A stretch of DNA of 64,000 nt from Armatimonadota bacterium (GCA_038207085.1 JBBRAE010000001.1:96001-160000); one strand, 5' to 3'; shown: positions 1 through 10,387, numbered from the stretch's first letter. The notes: generated by a model from the letters alone, not told the origin. Numbers and translations: made by a program.

Positions 1-438
1 CTGCCTGGTCTGTTCATCCAGGATAAAGCCGGGTGATACGAGCTTTGAGAGCGGCACGGCGAATATCTCGCCGAGTATCACAAAGACCACTGTCACGGAA
101 AGTGCGATGCACGTCACTACTGAAAACGTCTTCCACGCGTCGGTCTCATTGTCTTCTGAAAGATACTGGGTGAAAACCGGGATGAACGCGGAGCTTAGAG
201 CGCCTCCTGCGATCAGGAAGTAGAGCATGTCGGGGATGATGAACGCCTGTTTGTAGACATCTGTAAGCGCTCCCTGACCGAAGTACGCAATCAATAGCGA
301 CTCTCGGACAAATCCGAGTAGTCTTGAAAGTCCGACGGTGATAATCATAATTCCCGTCGCCATCGCCACTACGCGTCCGGGTGATTTGGTGGGTTTGGGT
401 GCCTCAACGGGCACCTGCACGGTTCCCTCTTGATCCAA
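1..438 (-). CDS. murJ: Lipid II flippase MurJ (MviN), N-terminal part; gene runs off the left edge
   Basis: Not in the ORF track. Manual translation gives LSRLLGFVRESLLIAYFGQGALTDVYKQAFIIPDMLYFLIAGGALSSAFIPVF, the typical MurJ N-terminus. TTG at 438 chosen as start (GTG 420 and ATG 363 are alternatives). Confidence 0.9.
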   Translation of the reverse strand, partial: MDQEGTVQVPVEAPKPTKSPGRVVAMATGIMIITVGLSRLLGFVRESLLIAYFGQGALTDVYKQAFIIPDMLYFLIAGGALSSAFIPVFTQYLSEDNETDAWKTFSVVTCIALSVTVVFVILGEIFAVPLSKLVSPGFILDEQTRQ

Positions 439-499
439 CTCTGTATTAATGTCCTTTCTGGTAGAGCGACCCCGGAGTATTACCGGGCATCCGGGTTTC

Positions 500-528
500 A
501 GTATAAGCGCACAGGGAACGAACGTCAA
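500..528 (-). promoter_or_regulatory. Sigma70-type promoter for murJ
   Basis: TTGACG-17 nt-TATACT on the minus strand. Confidence 0.65.
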
Positions 529-535
529 GGCGAAC

Positions 536-565
536 TTGACAGGACCGAAGCCCCGTATCTATGAT
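536..565 (+). promoter_or_regulatory. Sigma70-type promoter for the 5'-nucleotidase gene (divergent from murJ)
   Basis: TTGACA-18 nt-TATGAT. Confidence 0.55.
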
Positions 566-757
566 GGGTTAGAAAACGCGCTTCCTGTTAATCAATACGC
601 CGCAGACAGCGGCAAAGTTCTCAGCACGTCTTGCAGATCGAAATAGTGCACGCTTGACTGAGTTATTGTTGTCGTCGCAGCACTTATGCCGCGTGCAGAG
701 GCTTCGAAGCAACAGCTACCAAAGCGCGAGATTCATGGGAATACGGCAATAGGTAAT

Positions 758-2353
758 ATGTTCAGAAAGACTTTACTTTGGCTTACGGCACTGTTTGCTG
801 TCCCGAGGATCGCCTTAGGGGCCGACTATACGCTCATCACACTACTGCACACAAACGATTTGCACGGCAGTGTCATCCCCGAAGATCGCGCAGAACTCGG
901 CAGTGATGTCCCTGCATCAACATCGGCCTCGGCGCAAAACGGCTATGGTCTTGCGAAAATCGCTACACTGGTACGCCAGATTCGCTCTGAAATGCCGCAC
1001 GTGGTCCTGATCGACACGGGCGACGTCATACACGGGAGCTACGAGGATTATCTCTCCGGCGGCGTAGCAACGATCAGTGCGATGAACGCCGCTGGCTATG
1101 ATTTCGGCGTCACGGGCAACCACGAGTTTGATTTCGGGCTCGAAGTCACCGAGAACGCCGTTCGCACCGCCAAACATCCCATGCTCGCAGCAAACGTGAA
1201 AGATGCCGCTACGGGAGAGATTTGGGACGGTCTTCACCCTTATGAGATCGTAACTGCTGGGGATGTCCGCATCGCTGTTCTCGGGCTTGCGACGGCTGAG
1301 TCCGTCAGCTTGCAGTGGCCACCGTCGGTTGCGGCAATCAAGGTGGAGGACCCCTTCGCGACCGCGAAAGCTCTCGTGCCGGAGCTTAGAAAGAACGCGG
1401 ATATCGTTGTTGTAGCTTCGCATCTCGGTTACAGATTCGATCTGGAACTTGCCAAGACCGTGCCGGGGATCGACTTTATCATTGGAGGCCACACCCATAC
1501 CGTTGTCGACAAGTGGCAGTGGGTAGGTAACACACTGGTTGCGCAGGCTGGCGCGTTTGGCAAGTTCTTGGGGCGCATCGATTTCATTGTCACAAGAGAA
1601 GGCGACAAGAAGAAAGTGCTGTCGGTCAACGGTAGGGCAGGCAGGCTTTGGAACAATATGTCCCGACCGCCGCTTGGCAAGACGTTTCCGACATCGCCCC
1701 TTATCGCCGTTCCGGCATCGACTGTAGAAGACGCCGTTGTTGTTGCGGCCTACAAGCCGTTTCGAGACAATGCCGACACCCTGCTGAGTGAAGTGATAGG
1801 TGAGTCGGCCGAATCGATCACGTTAGTCCCGTCGCCCTCTGGAGAGACAGCGGCGGGTAATCTGGTCGCTGATGCGGTTCGCGCCCGAGCACAGTCCGAC
1901 ATCGCAGTGGTAGACGCAAGGTCGATCGCCGCAGGGCTAGTACCCGGCCCAGTGAACCTTCATCAGGCGTTTGATATGATCGGCGGATTCACGCGTCAAA
2001 GGGTGGAAGTCGTGCGTATGAATGGGAGCGATCTTCTTGCCGCACTTACCGCAAGGCTGATCAGGGGAACTGCGCTCAAGCTTCAGGCGTCGGGGATGAC
2101 GCTCTCGTTTTCGTCGATCATTCCGGGGAGGGCATCACTTGGCGACGTGATGGTCAACGGCGTGCCGATTGACCCGACGCGCGAGTATACCGTCGCAAGC
2201 CAGGCTTACGTGATTCAAGGACTGATGGCTGCTGCTCCATCATTGGTTATACTCCCCGAGCCCGGCGGAACTACGAGAGAGGCGATCGCTGACTATGTGC
2301 GAGCCTCCGGCAGGGTCGTCTCACCGGGCGTCGGGAGAATAACAAGGCGCTAG
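758..2353 (+). CDS. Secreted bifunctional metallophosphatase / 5'-nucleotidase
   Basis: Motifs LHTNDLHG, DTGD, GNHEFD, GGHTH plus a 5'-nucleotidase C-terminal domain (GNLVADA). Signal peptide begins at ATG 758 (ORF track starts at 686). Confidence 0.9.
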   Translation: MFRKTLLWLTALFAVPRIALGADYTLITLLHTNDLHGSVIPEDRAELGSDVPASTSASAQNGYGLAKIATLVRQIRSEMPHVVLIDTGDVIHGSYEDYLSGGVATISAMNAAGYDFGVTGNHEFDFGLEVTENAVRTAKHPMLAANVKDAATGEIWDGLHPYEIVTAGDVRIAVLGLATAESVSLQWPPSVAAIKVEDPFATAKALVPELRKNADIVVVASHLGYRFDLELAKTVPGIDFIIGGHTHTVVDKWQWVGNTLVAQAGAFGKFLGRIDFIVTREGDKKKVLSVNGRAGRLWNNMSRPPLGKTFPTSPLIAVPASTVEDAVVVAAYKPFRDNADTLLSEVIGESAESITLVPSPSGETAAGNLVADAVRARAQSDIAVVDARSIAAGLVPGPVNLHQAFDMIGGFTRQRVEVVRMNGSDLLAALTARLIRGTALKLQASGMTLSFSSIIPGRASLGDVMVNGVPIDPTREYTVASQAYVIQGLMAAAPSLVILPEPGGTTREAIADYVRASGRVVSPGVGRITRR

Positions 2354-2983
2354 TTAGAGTTTCTTGGCAGCCCAGAGCATTCCAAGAGTCATTATGTTGA
2401 GCAGTTCGGGTGTCTCGAAGTCTTTTGCGACGTGGCCTACCGAGCAGTAGAACACCCTGCCATCGCCGTAGGACTTGGTCCAGACTGCGGGCATTACCGT
2501 ATCGCCGAAGTTGGAAGCCATCAGCACCCGGTTCGCCGGATCTACGTGCATATAGTATTGCTCGGACGTGATTGTGAACTCGCCGATCCCAGCGGTGACT
2601 GGGCTCTCTTCGCCTGTATTGTAGACCTTGTATGTCACCGTATCGCCGCCGGGATGTGCTACCCACTGCCCGCCGACCATCAGCTGATACTCGGTCTCGT
2701 TGCGGAACGAGTCACCCATGCCGCCATGCCAACCGGCAATCCCGCAGCCTGCCTTTACAGCAGAAAGCAAACCGTTTAGCTGGTCTCCAGTGATCGATGC
2801 CATCGTCCACACCGGGACAATAAGGTCGATTTTGGACATCTTGTCGGCGTCTGTGTAGACATCAAGTGTGTCTACCAGTTCGACATCGAAGCCGTTATCT
2901 CTAAGTGCCTTCGCGGCGATTTCAGCTGTCTGCTGAGGTTCGTGGCCATCCCATCCACCCCAGGAAATAAGCGCGGAACTCAT
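2354..2983 (-). CDS. ThuA-like (trehalose utilization) domain protein
   Basis: WGGWDGHEP, GWHGGMGDSFR, GGQWVAHPG, GRVFYCSVGH; SD AAGGAG upstream. Confidence 0.85.
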   Translation of the reverse strand: MSSALISWGGWDGHEPQQTAEIAAKALRDNGFDVELVDTLDVYTDADKMSKIDLIVPVWTMASITGDQLNGLLSAVKAGCGIAGWHGGMGDSFRNETEYQLMVGGQWVAHPGGDTVTYKVYNTGEESPVTAGIGEFTITSEQYYMHVDPANRVLMASNFGDTVMPAVWTKSYGDGRVFYCSVGHVAKDFETPELLNIMTLGMLWAAKKL

Positions 2984-3006
2984 AGAAGCTCTCCTTGTAT
3001 TCGATT

Positions 3007-3087
3007 CTAGCCCGCTTTATTCGTGAAGCGAATAAAGCTCTCGCTAGCAGAGCATTATTCACGCTCCTCGTGATTAATGCAGGCTAG
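3007..3087 (+). mobile_element. 73-bp double-hairpin MITE-like element, copy 1, with CTAG/CTAG flanks
   Basis: CTAG|CCCGCTTTATTCG...TAATGCAGG|CTAG; near-identical to copies at 19585, 38901, 57867 and 63249. Confidence 0.85.
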
Positions 3088-3156
3088 GGGAGTGTTCGGG
3101 AGACGCAAGCGGAGTTCCTCCCTTGTTATTGACATTTCTGCGGTAATATACCCGAC

Positions 3157-3185
3157 TTGACGCGGGAGCCCTGCGCCGTTATGCT
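3157..3185 (+). promoter_or_regulatory. Sigma70-type promoter, probably giving a leaderless mRNA for the DUF362 gene
   Basis: TTGACG-17 nt-TATGCT ending 6 nt before ATG 3192. Confidence 0.5.
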
Positions 3186-3191
3186 CTAGGT

Positions 3192-4355
3192 ATGGTGAAA
3201 GTATCTATCGTCAAATGCTCCGATTATGTCCCAGAGCGCGTCACTGAGGCTGTCGCCCTTGCCGTCAAGCTCATAGGTGGAGTGGGGGACGCTTCGGGGC
3301 GTTCTGTTCTGGTGAAACCGAACCTTCTGTCTGCGCGAGATCCTGAAGCCGCTGTGACAACGCATCCGGTGGTGACGGAGGCTGTCGTTAGGCTCTGGGC
3401 AGACGCAGGGGCCAAGGTTCATCTGGGAGACAGCCCTCCGCTTGCGGGTGAAAAGCCGTCGGGCTATGAGCGACTCTTGCGCATAACTGGAATGCAGGGA
3501 GTGGCTGACAGAACCGGTGCAGAGATCGTTCGGTTCGAAGATGGAACGGTGAATATCGAATATCCCGATGGGAAGTACTACCACCGGTTCGATATCGCGC
3601 AGGCAGTGGCCGAGGCTGATATCATAGTGAATGTCCCCAAGCTTAAGAGCCACGGGCTGACTACTATGACGGCTGCCGTGAAGAACATGTTCGGCTGCGT
3701 CCCGGGGAAGAAGAAGGCGATATTTCACCTTCAGGCCGGCGAAGACTGCGTAACGTTTTCGCAGATGCTTATTGATCTACTTGGGTGCGTGCCCCCTGCC
3801 GTCTCCGTGATGGACGCGATAACCATCATGCAGGGCGATGGTCCGGTTGATGGCGAGACGCGGCGCCTTGGCCTTGTTATGGCCTCCAGTGACCCAATAG
3901 CACTCGACGGTGTCGCGGCGTTGGTTCTTGGGATTGACCCGATGACCATCGAGACCTGCCGCATCGGAGGTTTTGATCTTGGGCAGGTAGAGGTCGTCGG
4001 AGAGCGTGTTGAAGACGTCGCGATTGATGACTTTATGCTGCCGAAATCGACCAATTTCTGGTTGCGTGTGCCTGCTCCTCTTCGCAAGCTACTGAAGAAC
4101 CAGCTGATCCCTTACCCGAATATCACCAAGAAGTGTCGGAACTGTGGCGCATGCGTTGAAGGCTGCCCTGTTGGGACGATTAGCGCCTCGGGCAAGCGCC
4201 CACAAATCGAGCTCCAAGGGTGCATCAGATGCTACTGCTGTCGGGAGGTGTGTGAGTTTAGCGCGATTGACGTAAAGGTCGGTAGGCTATCTTCGGCCAT
4301 ACGCCTGGTTCGCGACGTTCGTCGAGCGATACTGAAGGCCCGGGATCGCACCTGA
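3192..4355 (+). CDS. DUF362 domain protein with C-terminal 2x[4Fe-4S] ferredoxin domain
   Basis: VLVKPNLL, TTHP, PKLKSH, AVKNMFG; CRNCGACVEGCP and CIRCYCCREVC. Confidence 0.9.
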   Translation: MVKVSIVKCSDYVPERVTEAVALAVKLIGGVGDASGRSVLVKPNLLSARDPEAAVTTHPVVTEAVVRLWADAGAKVHLGDSPPLAGEKPSGYERLLRITGMQGVADRTGAEIVRFEDGTVNIEYPDGKYYHRFDIAQAVAEADIIVNVPKLKSHGLTTMTAAVKNMFGCVPGKKKAIFHLQAGEDCVTFSQMLIDLLGCVPPAVSVMDAITIMQGDGPVDGETRRLGLVMASSDPIALDGVAALVLGIDPMTIETCRIGGFDLGQVEVVGERVEDVAIDDFMLPKSTNFWLRVPAPLRKLLKNQLIPYPNITKKCRNCGACVEGCPVGTISASGKRPQIELQGCIRCYCCREVCEFSAIDVKVGRLSSAIRLVRDVRRAILKARDRT

Positions 4356-4362
4356 TCGCTCG

Positions 4363-4391
4363 TTGACGAACACTCGTGCAAATGGTAATAT
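4363..4391 (+). promoter_or_regulatory. Sigma70-type promoter for the LacI-family regulator
   Basis: TTGACG-17 nt-TAATAT. Confidence 0.5.
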
Positions 4392-4424
4392 ACGTTTGTA
4401 CAACTTTTGTTCACATGAAAGCAG

Positions 4425-5540
4425 GTGGGGCGCGTGGCAGGTGTAATCGGCAATAATCAAGAAGGCGCCAGGCCGATCACTTTGAAAGATATCGCAGAGG
4501 AATGCGGGGTTAACGTGGGCACTGTCTCACGTGCTCTGAGGAGCGACAGCAGGCTCTCAAAGACTACCATCGACCGCATTAGGGCTTCTGCCAGGGCCAT
4601 GGGCTACGACGCATCCCGCAACCACGCCGCGAGGCGGCTTGCCATGAGCCGGTTTGGGCAGCCAGTTTTGAACAACATGGCAGGCATGTTCTTTCACCAC
4701 GGGGGCTTTTGCCAGTCTGCCTACTTCTTCAAAGTTCTGCAGGGGGTCCTCGACACAATCTCCAAGCTGGAGTTCGAGCTTTGCACCAGCGATCAGGCCG
4801 CTGTTGCAACCCGAAATGAGCTGCCGATAAACTATCGTCGTGGTGATGTCGACGGCGTTGTAATGATCTCACAGGCTGAAAATGCCGAACTTGCAGTCCG
4901 ACTGCTGCGGGAAGAGTTCGCCTACGGTGAAAAACCTATAGTTGGTCTAGTAGAGCATATCCCTGGGTGTTCAGGTGTGTATTCCGACGACTATCAATCC
5001 GGCCGCATGGTCGCCGAACACTTGATACGGCTAGGGCACAGACGTATTCTTCACTATCACAACCTCGGTGCCGACTCCCGTCCTAACGATGCGCATGTTC
5101 TCAGGCTTAATGCAACACGCGACGCTCTTTGTGAGGCCGGGCTAAAGCCTGACGAGGTTCTCTTCACTCACGACTGGCTCTACGATTACAAGTCACAGAG
5201 CGCCACAGACCTGCTGGCAGCTCTGAAAGAGCACCGGGAGATCACCGCGATTATTGCCCACGATGACGAACAGGCGGCTGAGATCCACACGATTCTCACT
5301 GAAGCTGGGTACTGTGTCCCTGATGACATCAGCCTGATCAGTTACGACGACACAGTCGCTGTTCCGGGGCCTGATGGGCTCAATATACTGACCACGGTTC
5401 GTCTTCCGCTTGTCGAGATAGGCAAGGAGGGCACGAAGCTGCTCATTCGTCGGATCCTCGGCGAGGAAACTGAGGATCGCGACATCGTGCTGCCTACCGA
5501 GCTTATCGTAAGAGGTTCGACCGCGATTCCCAGGCGTTAG
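4425..5540 (+). CDS. LacI-family transcriptional regulator
   Basis: ITLKDIAEECGVNVGTVSRAL HTH; sugar-binding C-terminus (GHRRI, VPDDISLISYDD, LTTVRLP, LIVRGST). Confidence 0.92.
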   Translation: MGRVAGVIGNNQEGARPITLKDIAEECGVNVGTVSRALRSDSRLSKTTIDRIRASARAMGYDASRNHAARRLAMSRFGQPVLNNMAGMFFHHGGFCQSAYFFKVLQGVLDTISKLEFELCTSDQAAVATRNELPINYRRGDVDGVVMISQAENAELAVRLLREEFAYGEKPIVGLVEHIPGCSGVYSDDYQSGRMVAEHLIRLGHRRILHYHNLGADSRPNDAHVLRLNATRDALCEAGLKPDEVLFTHDWLYDYKSQSATDLLAALKEHREITAIIAHDDEQAAEIHTILTEAGYCVPDDISLISYDDTVAVPGPDGLNILTTVRLPLVEIGKEGTKLLIRRILGEETEDRDIVLPTELIVRGSTAIPRR

Positions 5541-6532
5541 CTCTCGAACCCGAAGTATTCGAGTATGCCGCGCGCCACAGCCTTGGCTACTCTGTCCTGA
5601 AACGCGGAGTTTTTAAGCATCTCTCGCTCTTTGGGGTTTGAGTGAAAGAGTATCTCCGTGAGCGACGCCGCACAGCCCGAGTTGTGAAGCACGTAGAGCC
5701 TGTTCCAGTGCTCCTTGACCCCTCTGTCGATTACTTCCGGGTAGACTTCTCGTATGGCGCTCAGCACCTTCCCTTGCACGCATTCCCCGAGACGCTTCCC
5801 CTGGTCATCGGCGAAGAACGTCCAAGTGCCTCCGCCTTCAGTGCCGTCAGCTGTTGCATCGGAGTGAAGTGAGACGAACGCATCACAGGTAAGCTGCTGG
5901 GCGAGTGTGCACTCGAGCTGGATAGACGAGTGGGTCCGGCGGTCGAGTCGGCTGATGTAGGCGTCGATGCGGCCATCTGTGTCGAGAATTGTCTTCACGC
6001 GTGAGGTGACATCCCACATAGTCTCCCCTTCGTTGTATATCTCAGTGCCGTTATCGTCAAGGATCACGTTGTTGTATTGAACCGACGGGTTCAGCATTAC
6101 TCTGGGTTTCATGTTGTGTGCTTCTGCTCCTGGATGGTATCTGAATAGCGCCGCTGCTCCTGCCCTCAGGTAGAACAGATGGCCGTCTCTCCTGCCGAGC
6201 CTGCGTTCGAGTCCTGTCACGGGCAGAATCTGAAAGAGCGTTACCGGATGATCAAAAGTCAGGCGATAGTAATGCCCCGTGGCGCTGTCAGTGTTTGTAA
6301 CCATGATCCAGGGGAGCATACCCGGCCCAATGAAACGCTCAGCACGGCAACCGGGGCCTTCTACCGAAACGAGATGGGCCAGAGAGTCCACGACGCGCAG
6401 GTTAGCAGTTCTCCTGGCGAACGAAGCCCTGTCAAGCCCGTTCTGACGGTCCGTGAACTCGTCAGAACGGGCAATGCCACACGCAAACGCGAGTATCGCC
6501 ACGAATAGTGCTGTTGCGGTTCGTAATCTCAC
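5537..6532 (-). CDS. Secreted N-acetylmuramoyl-L-alanine amidase (Amidase_3 family, variant first motif)
   Basis: DAFVSLHSDA, LYVL, LTEILFHSN; signal peptide; start overlaps the stop of the M16 peptidase. Confidence 0.8.
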   Translation of the reverse strand: MRLRTATALFVAILAFACGIARSDEFTDRQNGLDRASFARRTANLRVVDSLAHLVSVEGPGCRAERFIGPGMLPWIMVTNTDSATGHYYRLTFDHPVTLFQILPVTGLERRLGRRDGHLFYLRAGAAALFRYHPGAEAHNMKPRVMLNPSVQYNNVILDDNGTEIYNEGETMWDVTSRVKTILDTDGRIDAYISRLDRRTHSSIQLECTLAQQLTCDAFVSLHSDATADGTEGGGTWTFFADDQGKRLGECVQGKVLSAIREVYPEVIDRGVKEHWNRLYVLHNSGCAASLTEILFHSNPKEREMLKNSAFQDRVAKAVARGILEYFGFES

Positions 6533-9234
6533 TGTTTCTTGTATCGCCCCGCAATCACGGTTGTTATGCTGTCGGGGTGCAGGTGCTTCTTGGACGCAGA
6601 ACGCACCTGATCGAGCGTGACCGACCGATAGTTGCTCGCGAAACGCTGTATATAGTCCATTCCAAGACCGTAGAACTCGGCTGCCTGCAGCACGTTTGCG
6701 ACGCCGTCGTTTGTTTCCATGCGAACCGGGAACGACCCCACAATGTAGTCGATGGCTTGCGTCACTTCCGCCTGCGACGGGCCGGTCTTGTAGTAGCTCT
6801 CGATCACCTTCTTTGTCGCTGCGACAGCTTTGTCGGTATTGTTCGGGTTTGTGCCGAACCCACCGGTCCAGGGTCCCTCGCCGAGGGAGGCGTCAAAGTA
6901 ACTGTAGATCGAGTAAACCAGCCCCAGTTGGTCTCGGACGGTCTTGCCGAGTCGGCTCTCAAGCCCGCCGCCGCCCAAGATGTAGTTCATAACGACGGAT
7001 GCGTAGTAGTCGGGGTCTGATCGCTTGAGGAGCCCTGGCTGGCCGAATACGACGTTCACCTGGCTCTTGTCCGACATCTCGATGACCTCAGTGGTGCTCT
7101 TGCCGGTGACGGGAAAGTCGGGAATATCGAGCTTACGGGCGGGGCCGGTCGGCTTCCAGTCACCGAAGCATTTACGAATCGCGGCGACGGCATTATCTGT
7201 CGTAACGTCGCCGACAATGACGATCACAGCCGTCTCCGGGCCGTAGAAAGTGCGATGGAAGTCGATCATATCCTCGCGTGTGAACGACTTTATGCTGGCC
7301 TGATCTTCCTCTGCGGTCTGCCGTCTGAACGGATGCCCTACAGGGTAGACCGCGCGGTTGAACGCGCGCTGGGCAACGGTGCTGGGGTCTTCCTGTTCCT
7401 GGCTAAGCCCGGAGATGTCTTGTCCCTTGAGCCGATCGATCTGCTCCTGCGGGAACGACGGGTTGCGAAGCTCGTCAGATAGTATATCGAGCAAAAGCGG
7501 AAGGTCTTTTGACAGCCCCTTGGCAGAGTAACGTGCGGCTTCTGTATCAGCGCTTGTGTCGATATTTGCCCCAACGTAATCTGTCTGGTTGGCGATATCA
7601 AGGGCGGTGCGTTTGGTCGTTCCGCGTGAGATCATTTCAGCTGTAAACGACCCCAGGCCCCGCTTGTTTTTGGGGTCGAAATAGCCACCGGCTTTTAGGT
7701 TGCCTCTGATTGCAACCGTCGGGTTGCTGTGATTCTCCTGAACGATCACGACCAAGCCGTTATCGAGCACAGTTCTGGTGGGACGGATATTTCCTGCGTG
7801 CTGAGCCGGTGTTGTAGACTTTTTCGCAAGAGTGGGACCCGCGCCGATGGGCGCAGTATGGTGCGGAGCGAAGTCGATATCATGCTTGAAATGAAGCCCT
7901 GCGGGTGGTGGCCCCGATTCCTCTCCGCCTGCTGGTAGCCCGGACGGGACGAACCAGCCGACGGTTCGGTTGTCTTCGTTCAAATAGGTCTTTGCGACGC
8001 GTATGACGTCTTCAGGGGTGACAGCCTTGATCCTCGGGAGCATCTGATCGAGCAGCCGCCAGTCGCCCATCGTCGCGTAGTATCCGAGCTGCTCTCCCTG
8101 GTCGGAGACGCTGTCGTTTTGGAACACTAAATAAGTCTCCAGCTGGTTCTTCGCCCGGGTCATCTCTTCGGACGTAGGAGGTGCGGATTTGATCTTCTCG
8201 ACCTCCTCAAGCAGGACCTTTTCAAGTTGATCAGCCTTTACACCCTCGCGAGCAGTGGCAGCGACCATAAAAAGCCCTGGGTCGCGGCGGTCGCTCTCGC
8301 TCGACCATGCCGATGTGGCAAGCCCGCCTTCGACGAGCCTTTGATACAGCCTGCTGCTGCGTCCGCCCGAGAGCACCTGATCGAGCACGTAGAGCGCGTA
8401 AGTGTCGGGGTTAGTCATCTCAGGCACGTGGTAGGCCAGCATTGCCCGCTCAGCGGTGCCTTCTCGGTGAAGCACAAAGCGTCGCTCGCCGTGCTGCTTA
8501 GGTTCTTTGGTATAGACCTTGGGAGGCTTAGGTCCCTTGGGAATCACGCCGAAGTATTTGCGCGCAAGCGTGAGCGCTTTGGCCGTATCGACATCTCCGA
8601 CGATGACGAGCGTCGCGTTGTTGGGATGATAGTAGGTCTTGTAATAGGCATAGACCTGGTTGCGGCTGACACCCTCCACGTCCGACAGCCAACCGATCGT
8701 AGGCCACCTGTAGGGGTGGACCATATATGCCACCGACTGCGTCTGCTGATAGAGCAGGGTGTCGGGGTCGTTCTCGCGGCCTTCGAGCTCGGAGCGCACA
8801 ACAACACGCTCGGATGCGAACTCTTTGGGGTCGATAAACGAGCCGGTCATACGGTCGGCCTCAAGCCTCATAGCAAGCTCAAGGTTCTCGCTCGACATTA
8901 AAGACCAGTAGTACGTCCAGTCGATCCACGTAGCAGCGTTCTGGGTTCCGCCTTTGGATTCGATAAGCCGGGCGTATTCCCCCTTGCCATTGGCTTTGGT
9001 GCCTTTGAACATCATGTGCTCAAGCAAGTGGGAGGAACCGGTTATTCCCGTATGCTCGTTTCTGGAGCCGACGTTATACCAGACCTGAGTGGTCACTACC
9101 GGCGCTGAGTGAACTTCCTTTACAAGGACCCTCAAACCGTTTGGCAGGACTCTTTCCGTCACCTGGGGCGCACCCATAGCTCTGACGGCGAAAAGTAGAA
9201 GCACAGCAACCAGACTGCGCTGCGGCATCGACAT
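6529..9234 (-). CDS. Secreted M16 (pitrilysin-family) zinc peptidase, fused two-half form
   Basis: HLLEH (HXXEH) motif in the first half; second M16 half lacks the motif; signal peptide. Confidence 0.92.
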   Translation of the reverse strand: MSMPQRSLVAVLLLFAVRAMGAPQVTERVLPNGLRVLVKEVHSAPVVTTQVWYNVGSRNEHTGITGSSHLLEHMMFKGTKANGKGEYARLIESKGGTQNAATWIDWTYYWSLMSSENLELAMRLEADRMTGSFIDPKEFASERVVVRSELEGRENDPDTLLYQQTQSVAYMVHPYRWPTIGWLSDVEGVSRNQVYAYYKTYYHPNNATLVIVGDVDTAKALTLARKYFGVIPKGPKPPKVYTKEPKQHGERRFVLHREGTAERAMLAYHVPEMTNPDTYALYVLDQVLSGGRSSRLYQRLVEGGLATSAWSSESDRRDPGLFMVAATAREGVKADQLEKVLLEEVEKIKSAPPTSEEMTRAKNQLETYLVFQNDSVSDQGEQLGYYATMGDWRLLDQMLPRIKAVTPEDVIRVAKTYLNEDNRTVGWFVPSGLPAGGEESGPPPAGLHFKHDIDFAPHHTAPIGAGPTLAKKSTTPAQHAGNIRPTRTVLDNGLVVIVQENHSNPTVAIRGNLKAGGYFDPKNKRGLGSFTAEMISRGTTKRTALDIANQTDYVGANIDTSADTEAARYSAKGLSKDLPLLLDILSDELRNPSFPQEQIDRLKGQDISGLSQEQEDPSTVAQRAFNRAVYPVGHPFRRQTAEEDQASIKSFTREDMIDFHRTFYGPETAVIVIVGDVTTDNAVAAIRKCFGDWKPTGPARKLDIPDFPVTGKSTTEVIEMSDKSQVNVVFGQPGLLKRSDPDYYASVVMNYILGGGGLESRLGKTVRDQLGLVYSIYSYFDASLGEGPWTGGFGTNPNNTDKAVAATKKVIESYYKTGPSQAEVTQAIDYIVGSFPVRMETNDGVANVLQAAEFYGLGMDYIQRFASNYRSVTLDQVRSASKKHLHPDSITTVIAGRYKKQ

Positions 9235-9427
9235 GTTCAGCCTCCGTAGTTAGACAATGTGGCGGCAACGCTCGCCCGCCAAAGATAATATACCCCCTCG
9301 ACAGCTCGATAACCTCTATCTATACGCAAGAGTCTGGCCGATTGGTTCACTATTTGCGGCAGAGCCAGTATAAAACGTTCACTGATGAGGGTATAACATC
9401 ATCAAAATCAATCACAGGCGGACAGCA

Positions 9428-10375
9428 ATGACTGACAGTATCTACGACGTGATAATCATCGGCAGCGGCCCGGCTGGGGCTTCCTGCGCTATATATACAG
9501 CGCGCGCAAGGCTTAGGACTCTTGTGCTCGACAGATCGCCCGTGTCGGGGGCTCTAGCGGTCACATCCAAGATCGCCAACTACCCCGGCGTCCGCGGTGA
9601 GGTGCCTGGAGGCAACCTAGCCCAGACCATGCGCGATCAAGCCACAGACTTTGGAGCCGATTTTGTGCGAACAGGGGTAGTGGGAGTCGACTTTGAGGCC
9701 GACCCCAAGCAGATATTCACCGGTGACGGAGTATTCTCCGGCAGGGCGATTGTGATCGCAACCGGGGCAATGGGCAGAAAAGAGCGCGTTCCCGGTGAAG
9801 AGGAGTTCCTCGGCCGGGGTGTGTCCTACTGCGCGACCTGCGATGCGGCTTTCTTCAGCGATCAAGAGGTAGCCGTGATCGGCGACACTGATGTTGCGAT
9901 CGAAGAGTCGCTCTTCCTCACGAGGTTTGCAGACCGAGTCCATCTCATAGCGCCACGGACAGAGCTTAAGGCATGGAAAGAACTCGCTGATTCGGCGCTT
10001 GAAAATGACAAAATCACGATCCACTACGGCGCGCGCCTTCGAGAAATCAACGGCAACGGGATGGTGAGTGGAGTGACGGTGTTCAACTCGGACGGCGACA
10101 TGGAGACGATCAACGTGAACGGTGTGTTCGTCCTGTTGACCGGCGCAGCCCCTACGACTGAGTTTCTCGGCGACTCTCTAAAGCTTACCGACGATGGGTG
10201 TATTATGGTCGACGCCGAAAGAATGACTCCGATTCCTGGCGTATACGCAGTTGGAGACTGCACCTGCCGACATATCAAGCAGGCGGTTATAGCAGCCGCT
10301 GATGGAGTGACGGCTGCGCTTGCTATCGACAAATACCTGAACAAGAGAGACCGCATCAAAGTCGACTACAAGTGA
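9428..10375 (+). CDS. trxB: Thioredoxin-disulfide reductase
   Basis: GSGPAG, GRGVSYCATCD, GVYAVGDC, QAVIAAADG. Confidence 0.88.
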   Translation: MTDSIYDVIIIGSGPAGASCAIYTARARLRTLVLDRSPVSGALAVTSKIANYPGVRGEVPGGNLAQTMRDQATDFGADFVRTGVVGVDFEADPKQIFTGDGVFSGRAIVIATGAMGRKERVPGEEEFLGRGVSYCATCDAAFFSDQEVAVIGDTDVAIEESLFLTRFADRVHLIAPRTELKAWKELADSALENDKITIHYGARLREINGNGMVSGVTVFNSDGDMETINVNGVFVLLTGAAPTTEFLGDSLKLTDDGCIMVDAERMTPIPGVYAVGDCTCRHIKQAVIAAADGVTAALAIDKYLNKRDRIKVDYK

Positions 10376-10387
10376 GTGCTGTTGGCG

